DNA from: a virus
DNA: 64,000 nt
IMG/VR virus record: IMGVR_UViG_3300009999_000003
Coordinates: 817 to 64,816 of that record
Direction: 5' to 3' (one strand)
This document shows positions 46,566-57,053 of the stretch, piece after piece (the stretch's first letter is position 1; each line of letters starts with the position of its first letter). The notes beneath the pieces are model-generated. The model searched no databases, was not told the origin of the DNA, and saw only the letters and a program-made list of their open reading frames with translations. The position numbers were made by a program, and so were the translations under genes.

Positions 46566-48620
46566 ATGATGAAAGATTTAACCAACGTAATGGCTTATAC
46601 GAAAGAGGACAGCGAAGATGATCGCTACCCAGAATTTGAGATCGCAGTGCGCAAGCGATTTGAAAAGTTTGTATCAAATGGAGCATTGCTCTTTTCGACA
46701 AACGCAGACGACATCTTCGAAACGTATCTAGAAAATCTTCCTAAAGAGGCGCAAGCACATTACGTTTGCAACTCATGTAAGAGCTTCTTTACTCGATACG
46801 GTAATCTAGTAACGATTGATCCACAAGGAAATATGGAATCTGTCTTATGGAATCACGAAGACGTTCCAAGCTTCTTTAAAAAGTCAGTTAAAGCTTTGGA
46901 AGAATTGGTTTTAGCTTCAAGTGTTAAAAAGATGTTCATCTCAGATGAAAAGACTCTTGGTCATCCGATCACTGGATCATGGACTCACTTATCGGTAACA
47001 TTGCCAATCTCCTATGTGAACAAGTCACGACTACTAACAGCTAGCCAACTGATGGCAGAGAAAGTAGAAGACTTCAAGATGCTCATGAGAGCTGTGATCG
47101 AGTTTAGTAGCACGACTGTTGATAAGGCATTGGCTCTTATTAAGTCAGAGACAATGTATCGATCAGATCGTGTACTCGGCATTGCAGAATGGTTTAAAAA
47201 CGTACTCGACCTTCGTGCTTCTGTGTCAGGGATTGATAAGAAAACAAACGTTACTTGGTTAGCGGTCGCAACGGCTCCAAACGGATACACTCATATTAAG
47301 AGTTCAATGATTGGAACACTCTTGGAGGATATCCAAAGTGGATTGAACGCTGAATTAGTAGCTTCTCGTTTCGCAGAGAAGATGAATCCTGCAAACTATA
47401 TGCGATCACAAACGGCTCCAACTCAAGGTGGAATTTATGAAGCTGAGAAAATCATTCAGAAACTTGGATTAGAAAACTCTCTGTCTCGTCGATATGCAAC
47501 TCTTGAAGAGCTACCTGAATCAGAGTTGATCTGGAAAGAACGCAAAATCGAGCCTAAGAAGTCCGATAAACCTGCAGGAATCTTTGCTCACCTTGCTCCA
47601 AAACAGAACGTTGAAGATCCAATGATGCTTCCGCAAACGGTCATGACATTCGACAAGTTCTCTCGGACAGTTCTTCCGACTGCTGATAAGATTGAGGCAA
47701 TGATCTCGAATCCAGAACGATTCATGGCACTTGTTACTGCTGAAGACAACACTTCAGAGAACATCCTTCAATGGGGAAATCCTTACAGTTGGTACTACCA
47801 TGGTGGAGCAGATGCCGAGATGAAGCGTCGTGTAGAAGAAGCAGGCGGTCGTCATGAAGACAATACAATTCGAGTCTCTCTGATGTGGGAAGGACTTACC
47901 GACTTGGATCTTCACTGTGTCAATCCACGAGGTCAGCATCTTTACTACCATTCGAAACGTGATAGTTATGGTGGATACCTTGACTTGGACATGAATGGTC
48001 TTGATCGAGAGAGTAGTACACCAGTAGAGAATATGCGATGGGGATCAGATGCTCTGGAAGGTAAGTATAAATTCTACGTCGTCAACTATAGCGAACGTGT
48101 GAATTATCAGGAAGGAACTCCGTTTGTAGCAGAGTTGGAAGTCAATGGTCGAATTTACAAGTACCATGGCAAACCATTACGGGACGGAAAGAAAGAAACT
48201 GTATTTGAATTCGACTTCAGTAAATCACAAGGAGCTTTAATCAGCTCAGCGCCTACGAATAGCGATGACTGGGGAGTCCGGAATAACTCATTCGTGAAAG
48301 TCAATGCGATCGTACCTTCACCAAACCTATGGGGAGAAGACAAGGCTCCGCAAGCCGGAAACCATACGTTCTTCTTGTTAGACGGTGTCAAAGATACATC
48401 AGAAGGAAAGGGTCGAGGATTCTTTAACGAAATGTTAAAAGGAGAACTTCGACAAATCCGGAAGACTCTCGAAGCCTTCACTGCAAGTGCTGTTATCTCC
48501 GATTCAGATTCGGCTTCAGCATGTGGTCTTGGATACTCAAAAGACAGCGAATGGAACCTCATTCTAAAGGTAACGTCAGGTAATTCTTCTCGTCTCGTAA
48601 AAATCGATCGTTGGGATTAA
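46566..48620 (+). CDS. Large phage protein with YfaP/DUF2135-like domain
   Basis: VSLMW...DLDLHC..P.G, GG.LDLD.N, PVEN; N-terminal CxxC. Confidence 0.7.
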   Translation: MMKDLTNVMAYTKEDSEDDRYPEFEIAVRKRFEKFVSNGALLFSTNADDIFETYLENLPKEAQAHYVCNSCKSFFTRYGNLVTIDPQGNMESVLWNHEDVPSFFKKSVKALEELVLASSVKKMFISDEKTLGHPITGSWTHLSVTLPISYVNKSRLLTASQLMAEKVEDFKMLMRAVIEFSSTTVDKALALIKSETMYRSDRVLGIAEWFKNVLDLRASVSGIDKKTNVTWLAVATAPNGYTHIKSSMIGTLLEDIQSGLNAELVASRFAEKMNPANYMRSQTAPTQGGIYEAEKIIQKLGLENSLSRRYATLEELPESELIWKERKIEPKKSDKPAGIFAHLAPKQNVEDPMMLPQTVMTFDKFSRTVLPTADKIEAMISNPERFMALVTAEDNTSENILQWGNPYSWYYHGGADAEMKRRVEEAGGRHEDNTIRVSLMWEGLTDLDLHCVNPRGQHLYYHSKRDSYGGYLDLDMNGLDRESSTPVENMRWGSDALEGKYKFYVVNYSERVNYQEGTPFVAELEVNGRIYKYHGKPLRDGKKETVFEFDFSKSQGALISSAPTNSDDWGVRNNSFVKVNAIVPSPNLWGEDKAPQAGNHTFFLLDGVKDTSEGKGRGFFNEMLKGELRQIRKTLEAFTASAVISDSDSASACGLGYSKDSEWNLILKVTSGNSSRLVKIDRWD

Positions 48621-48638
48621 TTATTAAGCAACACGATA

Positions 48639-48687
48639 AATTTGCAATACTTTCTTAATTTATTTTAAAGGGAAAGTATTGCAAATT
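48639..48687. repeat. Inverted pair of the 18-bp motif core
   Basis: AATTTGCAATACTTTC-17-GAAAGTATTGCAAATT. Confidence 0.85.
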
Positions 48688-48697
48688 AAATGGAGGA

Positions 48698-50056
48698 ATG
48701 GTTAAGTTGAAGGGGAAAACACTTAAAGAGTCAATTCAGTTAGAGAAAGATCGCATCAAGAATCATGGATACAAGAGTATGAAGATCAATAGTCGTCGTG
48801 GGCTATTTGGGACGATGTATGCAAAGGAGATAATGGAATACGGATTCCATGTCTACTTCATTCACGAACCTAATGCAGATGATTATCGTGCAGGCGTTTC
48901 AGGAACCCTGTCTGAAGTCTACTACAATCTTCGTACCCGAGAGTACTGGATCAAGCGGAATCTCAAAGAGGTCAACTTTAGTGAACGGAATATCGAAGCC
49001 GTCTTCGCATCATACTTAGTTAGTCTAGAAACGATGCTTGGCTTTGTGTCCACCGAAAGCAACTTTGAGATGTACAAAGAAGCCTATGATTATCTATCGA
49101 AGCGGAGTGTAGAGAAGAGATCGATGTTTAGTCGATTCCTGTATCGACTTATGGTTGACTATTCCTACTTCGAGATTCTTTTTAAAGCAGGGATCAACCT
49201 GAATAGTAATCATGGTCTAAACGTCAAAAATCCAAGAGGGAAAAATCCAATGGAGATCTTGGGGTTGTCGAAGACACGATGGAAGATGTTTAGAAACTAT
49301 TCTGTAAATCAATACAATTTATCAAGATCTGCCGAAGACAATATAAAGGATTCTAAGGCGCTGTCTCTTATCAAGTATGCAGAGTCCTTAGAGGACGAAT
49401 ATGGTCTTGAAGTCATGGAAGTATTCGTCAATATAGAAATCGAAACAATGTATGGAAAATGGTCTCAACATACAGCAAGAGATGTTGCACAGAAATTCGG
49501 ACTGTCACTCAAAAGACTCATTCGGTACATCTACTTTGAGTGCGAAGTATCTCAGGGTCTTGGAGCCAAGAATGCCTTGTTAAATCTTCACGATTATCTA
49601 GATATGGTTAAGGATATGGGTCTAGAGAATTATGATAAGTATCCAAAATATCTTCGTACAACACACGATATCGTAGGCAGAAACTATCAACTTAGTCTGT
49701 CAGATATTCAACTGCGTCAGTGGAATCAAGAGATCGAATCGCATAAGGCGTTTGAATTCAAGAGCGAGGATCATTTAATCGTGGCTCCCAAAGCTCCGGA
49801 AGACCTCGTAAAAGAGGGCAACATTCTCGGTCACTGTGTAGCAAGCTATGTCCATAAAGTTAGAAAAGGGAAGTCAAAGATTCTATTCCTCCGTCGAGAA
49901 GCCGAGACTCCACTCATTACTGTCGAGATACAGGGTGAAAGAATAGTTCAGGCTCGAGGGAAGATGAATGACGCTCCCAAGCGAGAAGAAATGGTTGCTT
50001 TAATCGATTTTGCCAAGAAATTTAATCTATCATTACCAAAGGAGCTAGCATCATGA
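48698..50056 (+). CDS. PcfJ-like domain protein
   Basis: DYLDM, PKYL...HD, EG..LGHCVASY, ILFLR, TVE..Q.RG..N. Confidence 0.85.
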   Translation: MVKLKGKTLKESIQLEKDRIKNHGYKSMKINSRRGLFGTMYAKEIMEYGFHVYFIHEPNADDYRAGVSGTLSEVYYNLRTREYWIKRNLKEVNFSERNIEAVFASYLVSLETMLGFVSTESNFEMYKEAYDYLSKRSVEKRSMFSRFLYRLMVDYSYFEILFKAGINLNSNHGLNVKNPRGKNPMEILGLSKTRWKMFRNYSVNQYNLSRSAEDNIKDSKALSLIKYAESLEDEYGLEVMEVFVNIEIETMYGKWSQHTARDVAQKFGLSLKRLIRYIYFECEVSQGLGAKNALLNLHDYLDMVKDMGLENYDKYPKYLRTTHDIVGRNYQLSLSDIQLRQWNQEIESHKAFEFKSEDHLIVAPKAPEDLVKEGNILGHCVASYVHKVRKGKSKILFLRREAETPLITVEIQGERIVQARGKMNDAPKREEMVALIDFAKKFNLSLPKELAS

Positions 50057-50346
50057 ATAAATTAACATGTATCGAAAACGTCGTATACGGTGGTAAAACT
50101 GTATTTGTAAAAGATAAAGAGTATTCGTATCAGAAGGAAATCTCAGAGTCAGGTAATTTGGAAGGTTACTGGGTTCATGGAAGTAGCTATGGAGAAGGTT
50201 TTTGGCAAGTAGCAGATCCTACTTTTTCTCAACACTTTGATCTTCAAAAAGCTAATCTTATTACAACAGGTAAGACAAAGGTCGGAACGTCGAAACCTAA
50301 GTCATTCGTCAACAACGTCGTCAATCTGTTCAAATCTAAAAAGTAA
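50053..50346 (+). CDS. Hypothetical protein
   Basis: 97 aa, ATGA overlap. Confidence 0.7.
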   Translation: MNKLTCIENVVYGGKTVFVKDKEYSYQKEISESGNLEGYWVHGSSYGEGFWQVADPTFSQHFDLQKANLITTGKTKVGTSKPKSFVNNVVNLFKSKK

Positions 50347-50387
50347 TCATTTAAACAAAAGTATTGCAATTAATAGGAGGAATACAA

Positions 50388-50648
50388 ATGACTATCGAAG
50401 AATTTTTAGCCACAAATCCATCTCGCAAAGAGATCTCAATTCACCTTCGTGCCATAGCGAATATGAATGTGTTAGAAATCGACGAAACATATCTTTGGGA
50501 AGACCTGAGCAAAGCAGGGAGCTTTACGAAGGATGATTTCTACGATGATCAGGAAGAAACGAAACGACAAATGGGGGTCGAAGCCATTACTCATTACGGC
50601 ATCGTCAACTGGAAGCTGAAAGAAGTCGTCTTGGATCAACTCAATTAA
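50388..50648 (+). CDS. Hypothetical protein
   Basis: AGGAGG RBS, 86 aa. Confidence 0.7.
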   Translation: MTIEEFLATNPSRKEISIHLRAIANMNVLEIDETYLWEDLSKAGSFTKDDFYDDQEETKRQMGVEAITHYGIVNWKLKEVVLDQLN

Positions 50649-50665
50649 CGAAGGAGCGATACAGC

Positions 50666-51100
50666 ATGCAGAGAGAAAAGCGAGATCAGGCAGTTGCCCG
50701 TATTCAGGAGCTTTCTACGATTTACGGAGAAGAGAAGTTCGTTTATAAGATTAGTCATTTCTACGACATCATACCGTTTGACGCCTTTGTTTCAGTTAAT
50801 ATCGCTCCTGAGAACATGCAGATGCTCGTTGCCTCCATTCAGTTCTTGGGACACGAGATGGATCATTCCTTCTCACTTGACCAACGAGACGTCGTGAAGC
50901 TCATCAAGAAGCATTTTGGTGGAAAGATGGTCGGCAAGAAGGCGAAAGAGTCTCAGCAAATTTACAAAATCGATCTCTATGAGAACTGGGAAGACTGGTG
51001 CGGACGTGCCGGAGAGCTAGTTCTGGTTAAAGGATTCGAGCTTGGAAACATTGTGGAAGACTTGAAAAAGATTGTAGAGGGTGATAAAGATGGCAATTAA
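50666..51100 (+). CDS. Hypothetical protein
   Basis: 144 aa, AAGGAG RBS. Confidence 0.7.
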   Translation: MQREKRDQAVARIQELSTIYGEEKFVYKISHFYDIIPFDAFVSVNIAPENMQMLVASIQFLGHEMDHSFSLDQRDVVKLIKKHFGGKMVGKKAKESQQIYKIDLYENWEDWCGRAGELVLVKGFELGNIVEDLKKIVEGDKDGN

Positions 51101-51263
51101 GAATCTATCAACGGCTGTACTTGTCGAAAAGCTAGCGGAGCTATGCTCTAAGACATGTAACGTTATGAATACTGATTTACCAAAGCATTATCGAGAAGTC
51201 GATGAGGTTAAAGCCGAGCTGAAGAGCCGGATCAAGGATTAAAGACAGGATAGGGGAAGCACA

Positions 51264-54200
51264 ATGACAGCAACTGAAATCTTATATGGGAATTTGAAAG
51301 TACTTTATTACACTCCAATCCATTTGCATACTGATCTATCAAATCAGAACATGGTAGAGGTAGTAAATAACTATCGACAATACATTGACCGAGCCGTTGA
51401 ACTCGGGATGAAGGCAATCACATTTACGGAACACGGAAACGTCCTGTCTTGGTATAACAAGAAGATGTATGCCGAGTCTAAGGGATTGAAGTATATTCAT
51501 GGTTGCGAGGTATATGTAACGATGACACTCGAAGAGAAGAAGCGAGACAACTTCCATATGGTATTGATTGCGAAGAATTACGAGGGATTCAAGGAACTCA
51601 ACAAGATGGTTTCTACCGGATTCGATCGTAAGGGCAATAACTACTACTACAATCCCCGTATCTCTTGGGAAGACATCCAGAATACTTCTGACAACATCAT
51701 CATCTCGACTGCTTGTCTGGGCGGAATCATCTGGCAACTTCATAAAAACCGTGCAGATAGTGAATACTCTCATATCCGGCTTGAAGAAGTAGTTGCATGG
51801 TTTGCGAAGAATAAGCACCGTGCGTTCTTCGAAGTACAGCCTCATCGACACATTGAACAGATTCAGCTTAATCGATTGCTTTTAAAGCTATCTAAAGAGA
51901 CGGGAATTCGTCTTGTCGCAGGTTCTGACACACATGCGCTTACACCTGAATATGACAAGGCTCGTAAAGTATTGCAGAAGGCGAAGAAGATCCGATTCAC
52001 TGATGAGGATGCGTTTGATCTAAGCATGCATAGCTATGAGAAGATGTTCCAGATGTTCCAAGAGCAAGATACGTTCACGGACGAAGAGATTCATGAAGCC
52101 ATGCAGATGTCGAATCATATTGCAGACTTGGTTGAGCCTTGGGAAATTGACTATACGAAGAAGTATCCTCAGTTATACGATGATCCGGAAAAGGTCTTCC
52201 AACAGAAGATTGCTGAGGGAATCAAGTATAGAAAGATTGATCAGCTTGCTCCTGAGATGCGTAAGGCATACTTAGAGCGGATTCAGCTTGAATACGATGT
52301 ATACAAAGCGAATGATGCAATCAACTATATGTTGCTAGAGGATGACGTTAAGACTCATGCACGTAAGAATAACGTTCGCTATGGTTGGGGTCGTGGATCA
52401 GTTTCAGGCAGTATCATTGCATACTTAATGCGCATCACTGAAATGAACAGCATTGACCGCAAATTAAACTTTGCACGATTCATGTCGAAAGAGCGTATTA
52501 GTCTTGCCGATATCGACTCGGACTACGAACCGTCTAAGCGACATATCATTCAGAACTACCTGACTGAGCATGAAGAGCTTCATTGTGCCAAAATCGTAAC
52601 CTATAATAAGTTAGAGCTTCTTAGTGCGATTCGAGACGTCGCTCGAGGACTAGATATGCCTCTGAACGAGGTGGACGAGATTGCCAAGGGAGTCGAAGAG
52701 AACGAGGATTACTACCGCAATCGATATGAGGAACTATTCCATTATGTCGACTTGATTAAGGGTACAATTGTATCAATTGGCGCTCACGCTTGTGGAATTG
52801 CTGTATCTCCTATTCCTTTGGATGAAAATATGGGTCTCATTACAGTAGTCGACAATAAGACAAAGCTACCAGTTACTTTGACTCAAATCAATATGAAAGA
52901 AATCGATGCTCAGAACTACGTGAAACTTGATGTTTTGGGGTTGGATACGGTGGAATTAATCAGTCAAACTGTAGACTTTGCAGGATTGGATTGGGATGAC
53001 ATTCTTCCGGAAAACATGGACTCTGAAGACGAAAAGGTTTGGCAGAGTGTCATGGAGAGCAACGTAGGTATCTTCCAGTGGGAAGGTGACTTTGCTCACC
53101 AAGTTTACAAGGACTTGTTTAGTGAGCAGACGATCAATAGAATCAAAGAGGTTCATACGGACTTCTCTTATATCGATTTATTCTCTTTAGGGAATGCAAT
53201 CATCCGTCCTGCAGGAGCTTCTTATCGTGACTCGGTGAGTCAAGGAGAGTTCTATGACAATGGACACGAGGCTCTCAACAGGTTCTTGGCGCCTTCAATG
53301 GGACGATTAGCTTACCAAGAGCAAATCATCGAATTCTTGGTTGAGTTCTGTGGTTACTCTGGCGGTGAAGCCGATCTTGTTCGTCGGGGGATCGGCAAGA
53401 AAGACAAGAAACTCTTAGACAGCTTGATTCCTGAAATCAAGAATCGATTCATCGACACGATGATTCATAAATACTCAACTCGAAATGTATTAGCGGAAGA
53501 GATTTCTGAACCATTTATCCAAGTTATTCTTGATGCAAGTAACTATGGATTCAGTATCAATCACTCGGATGCTTATTCTTGGCTTGGATATGCAAGCGCA
53601 TGGTTGCGGTACTACTATCCATTGGAGTTTATCACAGCCAACTTGAACGTCAATATCGGGAAGGCGGACAAGACTACTAAATTAGTAGAATACATGAAGT
53701 CCAAAGGTATCTCTTTGAATGGAATCAAGTTCCGATATTCTCGTGCAGGGTACATGTTTGATAAAGAGACTAACTCAATTTATCAAGGCATTCAGCCAAT
53801 CAAGTTCTTGAACGAGGCAGTAGCAGAGGGATTGTATAGCTTGCGAGACAATAAATACAAGCGTTTCGTTGATCTTTTGGTTGATATCAAGGATCGTAGT
53901 AAGTTCTCTATCTCTTTCGAAGACACTGATGGTCAAACAATAGACATTCAGCAACTGTTTTATGATGAAAATTATAAAGCAAAAGTATTGCAAAAGTTAG
54001 AGAAAGAAGCTAGAATTGTTGTTAAGAGCGAAGATCCTGTTCCGGTCAACTCTAAGCAGATGAAAATCTTGATCATACTCGGATTCTTCAGTGAGTTCGG
54101 TGGGAGCAAGAAGCTTCTTGAAATCTATGAGCAGTTCGAAAAGAGATATAAGAAAACTGTCAAGATCAAAACGAAGCGAGAACGCTATGAGGAGCTTGCT

Positions 54201-54584
54201 GAGTTCGAAGATAGTCTCATAGATGAGAGTCTCTCACTTGTCGAAACCTGTGAAGCAGAGCTTGAATATCTCGGTCACATTGAAACAATTGATCCTAAGA
54301 TGCAACCAAACTTCTTAATGATTACAGATGTTATCAAGAACAAGACGAATATACGTGGTAAAGGATATCAATTCTCTACTGGTGAGGTTCGTGAGTTCAA
54401 ACTGGCGCCACGGATGTATGGAGATGCTCCATTCGAAGTGAAAGATGTTATTCAAATCATTGATGCAGAAGCCAAGCCAAAGGTTAAGAAGATTAATGGA
54501 TCTTGGCAAAAGTCTCCAACAGAGAAAGAGCTATGGCTCAGACAGATTGTCCTTGTTCGAAAAGGTGTATTGCAAAGTAAATAA
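51264..54584 (+). CDS. dnaE: DNA polymerase III alpha subunit (DnaE, YorL-like)
   Basis: PHP motifs HLHT, TEHGN, SDTH; GRGS, DIDSD, HACG, KLDVLGL, YQEQ, F...HS.AY. Confidence 0.95.
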   Translation: MTATEILYGNLKVLYYTPIHLHTDLSNQNMVEVVNNYRQYIDRAVELGMKAITFTEHGNVLSWYNKKMYAESKGLKYIHGCEVYVTMTLEEKKRDNFHMVLIAKNYEGFKELNKMVSTGFDRKGNNYYYNPRISWEDIQNTSDNIIISTACLGGIIWQLHKNRADSEYSHIRLEEVVAWFAKNKHRAFFEVQPHRHIEQIQLNRLLLKLSKETGIRLVAGSDTHALTPEYDKARKVLQKAKKIRFTDEDAFDLSMHSYEKMFQMFQEQDTFTDEEIHEAMQMSNHIADLVEPWEIDYTKKYPQLYDDPEKVFQQKIAEGIKYRKIDQLAPEMRKAYLERIQLEYDVYKANDAINYMLLEDDVKTHARKNNVRYGWGRGSVSGSIIAYLMRITEMNSIDRKLNFARFMSKERISLADIDSDYEPSKRHIIQNYLTEHEELHCAKIVTYNKLELLSAIRDVARGLDMPLNEVDEIAKGVEENEDYYRNRYEELFHYVDLIKGTIVSIGAHACGIAVSPIPLDENMGLITVVDNKTKLPVTLTQINMKEIDAQNYVKLDVLGLDTVELISQTVDFAGLDWDDILPENMDSEDEKVWQSVMESNVGIFQWEGDFAHQVYKDLFSEQTINRIKEVHTDFSYIDLFSLGNAIIRPAGASYRDSVSQGEFYDNGHEALNRFLAPSMGRLAYQEQIIEFLVEFCGYSGGEADLVRRGIGKKDKKLLDSLIPEIKNRFIDTMIHKYSTRNVLAEEISEPFIQVILDASNYGFSINHSDAYSWLGYASAWLRYYYPLEFITANLNVNIGKADKTTKLVEYMKSKGISLNGIKFRYSRAGYMFDKETNSIYQGIQPIKFLNEAVAEGLYSLRDNKYKRFVDLLVDIKDRSKFSISFEDTDGQTIDIQQLFYDENYKAKVLQKLEKEARIVVKSEDPVPVNSKQMKILIILGFFSEFGGSKKLLEIYEQFEKRYKKTVKIKTKRERYEELAEFEDSLIDESLSLVETCEAELEYLGHIETIDPKMQPNFLMITDVIKNKTNIRGKGYQFSTGEVREFKLAPRMYGDAPFEVKDVIQIIDAEAKPKVKKINGSWQKSPTEKELWLRQIVLVRKGVLQSK

Positions 54585-54601
54585 TAGAAAAGGGGATTAA
54601 C

Positions 54602-54922
54602 ATGACGAAATTAAATGTTGAATTTAAAGACAAAAAGGTTTTAAGCGAAGATTCAATTACAGGAGGAGCATTCTTCCTTGAACAAAGAACTCAAGATCTT
54701 TATGTAGTAGCAGAGATTGTGAATGAAGAAAACAATGATCATCTAGATCCGTTTATTCGATCACTTCAGCCTAGACAAGAGGCTTTCCGGTACAACTTGG
54801 TAAACGTCTCAAGTGGAAAAATGTTCTGTTTGCAGAATCGGTCTAAGTATCAGCTATTCAACAAGATGCTTCGACATGCCTTTACTCCAATTAATTCAAT
54901 GAAAATTAGCATCAACCAATAA
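54602..54922 (+). CDS. Hypothetical protein
   Basis: 106 aa, AGGGG RBS. Confidence 0.7.
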   Translation: MTKLNVEFKDKKVLSEDSITGGAFFLEQRTQDLYVVAEIVNEENNDHLDPFIRSLQPRQEAFRYNLVNVSSGKMFCLQNRSKYQLFNKMLRHAFTPINSMKISINQ

Positions 54923-54955
54923 AACAAAAGTATTGCAATATAAAGGAGGATTAGA

Positions 54956-55210
54956 ATGACACGGGAAGACGTAGCATTGATCGTAGGAGAAGAGGCATTG
55001 TTTCCAGTTGGTCTGGATCAAGCATTGATTGGAGTCGCACATCGTGGAGCGCTTAGCGTTCCACTGTATGACATGGAGAAATGTATTCAAGTCCTTGTTG
55101 AGAATGATGGAATGGATGATCAGGAAGCACGAGAGTACTTTGATTACAATATCTTAAACGCATGGCACGGAGAGTTAACTCCTATGTATGCGCAACTGGA
55201 GGAATCGTAA
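54956..55210 (+). CDS. Conserved phage hypothetical protein
   Basis: D.ALIG..YD..K..EA.EYF.YN...W.G..TP. Confidence 0.75.
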   Translation: MTREDVALIVGEEALFPVGLDQALIGVAHRGALSVPLYDMEKCIQVLVENDGMDDQEAREYFDYNILNAWHGELTPMYAQLEES

Positions 55211-55446
55211 TGAACAAGCGACAGCGTAAAAAAGCTCTGAAGAAGCAGGGCGCAATCGTAGAGGATCGTTCTAACCTAGCAATCGTAATTGAAAACAAAT
55301 TTGATGGAGAAGACACTGTGTATCACTACCTTCCTATCGGAACAAAAGTACGAGTAAAAAAAGGCTCGAAGTGCTATCCGTATGACGACGGTGCATATGG
55401 AACGTATTACCAAACGGTATTAGAAGATCATTTAAAGTTTATTTAA
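55210..55446 (+). CDS. Hypothetical protein (paralog of next gene)
   Basis: YHYLPIGTKV..Q....DHL.FI. Confidence 0.7.
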   Translation: MNKRQRKKALKKQGAIVEDRSNLAIVIENKFDGEDTVYHYLPIGTKVRVKKGSKCYPYDDGAYGTYYQTVLEDHLKFI

Positions 55447-55462
55447 GAGAGGGAGTTTCATC

Positions 55463-55702
55463 ATGGGCAAAAAACACAGAGCAACTAAAGAAGAGTATCC
55501 GGTAGCAAAGGTACTGACGGATCGCAATGACGAGGATTTCCGCTATCATTATTTTCCGGTAGGAGACAAAGTCTTAGTAGTCGGCAATAGCGACTTCTCT
55601 CCAGTAGGTACTCAAATGATGAAGTGTATTCCTCTCGATGAGGAACATCGATCTAGCGGAGTTTTCCAAAACATCAATAAAGACCATTTAGAATACATTT
55701 AA
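55463..55702 (+). CDS. Hypothetical protein (paralog of previous gene)
   Basis: YHYFPVGDKV..Q....DHL.YI. Confidence 0.7.
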   Translation: MGKKHRATKEEYPVAKVLTDRNDEDFRYHYFPVGDKVLVVGNSDFSPVGTQMMKCIPLDEEHRSSGVFQNINKDHLEYI

Positions 55703-55722
55703 AATCAGAGAGGGTTTTCAAC

Positions 55723-56298
55723 ATGAGTAAAAAGGTATATTTAGCAGGAGATATGTTGCCAAAAGCATCGCAGTTATTACGTGCGCAGGAACGAGAACAG
55801 ATTAAGGAAATCGGTCTTGCCTTTTACAATCCTATGGATAACAAGGATATCAATGACAAGTCAAAAGTCAGCAATGAAGGACTTGCAGAGCGGATCGTCA
55901 AAGCTGACACGGATGCAATCGAATCAAGTGACGTCATTGTCATTGAGCCACAACCGTTCGCTCTTGGCACCTTAGTTGAATTGGGTCAAGTAAAAGGTCG
56001 TAAGGACTTGGCAAAGCAGATTATTGAGATTGTATCTGATGAGGATTCAAACTCAGAAGCATTAAATAAGATTCTAGAACTCGTTGAAAAGGTTGAGGCT
56101 CAAAAGGTCTATCCTCACTACGAAGACATTCGTCGATTTGAAGGTGCAGGTAAGGATGAAGAAGGCGATCGACGCTCTCTTGGTATCAACCAGTACGTTT
56201 ATGGAACTTGCCTTGACTTAACTGGTGGCAAAGGCTTCTATGAATGGGATGAAGTACTCGACGAATTGAAAAAAGTTAAAAATGATCCACTTTACTAA
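55723..56298 (+). CDS. Nucleoside 2-deoxyribosyltransferase-like protein
   Basis: VYLAG, FYNP, D...I..SD, GT.VELG, NQYVYG. Confidence 0.8.
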   Translation: MSKKVYLAGDMLPKASQLLRAQEREQIKEIGLAFYNPMDNKDINDKSKVSNEGLAERIVKADTDAIESSDVIVIEPQPFALGTLVELGQVKGRKDLAKQIIEIVSDEDSNSEALNKILELVEKVEAQKVYPHYEDIRRFEGAGKDEEGDRRSLGINQYVYGTCLDLTGGKGFYEWDEVLDELKKVKNDPLY

Positions 56299-56334
56299 AA
56301 CAAAACTATTGCAAATTAAAATGGAGGGTTTAAA

Positions 56335-57003
56335 ATGACAACATTCAAAAAAGAAGACGAAGTAATCTTGGTAGCATCTCGGGAAGCGCTATTCGAAAAT
56401 GAGTCTCTCACTTTCCAAGGATTAAACAATGACTCTGAATCAGTTGATAAGATCATGGAAAACGTTGATCGGTTCTTCCGGACAATGCGTCGTGGGTCTC
56501 GTGAAGAGGGTCTAGTTGACGGAGTTGAAAATGCTGAATTAGCAATGAACTTCAAACAGCCGATCCCGTATATTGTAATTCGTAAACAGTTCCAAGGAGA
56601 GCAATTCTTCTATGTTACTCAACGACTGTCTGGTGGCGGAGAAGCACGTTTGCATGGCAAGCTTGCCATGGGTGCAGGCGGACACATGAATCCTCTTGAA
56701 AAGAACATCTATCCTTTTAAGAAGGTTCTTGAAGTCAATACGATGCGTGAACTTGAAGAGGAACTCGAGATCAATGGCAAAGTATCAATCAAGACGCTAG
56801 GTCTAATCAATGATGACTCTGACGAGGTCGGTCAAGTACACTTAGGTATTCTCGGTGTAATTGATCTAGAATTTACGGATTCTGTTTTCGTTAAGGAAAC
56901 TGAACAGTTGTCTGGATCATGGCTATCATTAGAAGAGCTTAAGTCCAAAGAGGTCTATGAGAAGCTTGAAAACTGGGGTAAGATTGTCGTTGACATGATG
57001 TAA
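56335..57003 (+). CDS. NUDIX-family hydrolase (YmaB-like)
   Basis: KQPIPY, GEARLH, GGHMN, RELEEEL, VGQVHLG. Confidence 0.85.
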   Translation: MTTFKKEDEVILVASREALFENESLTFQGLNNDSESVDKIMENVDRFFRTMRRGSREEGLVDGVENAELAMNFKQPIPYIVIRKQFQGEQFFYVTQRLSGGGEARLHGKLAMGAGGHMNPLEKNIYPFKKVLEVNTMRELEEELEINGKVSIKTLGLINDDSDEVGQVHLGILGVIDLEFTDSVFVKETEQLSGSWLSLEELKSKEVYEKLENWGKIVVDMM

Positions 57004-57007
57004 GAAG

Positions 57008-57042
57008 AAAGGAGCCAAGTTGAAAAACAAGGCTCCTTTTTC
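57008..57042 (+). terminator. Intrinsic terminator
   Basis: AAAGGAGCC/GGCTCCTTT with T-tract. Confidence 0.8.
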
Positions 57043-57053
57043 TCTGTTTTGGC

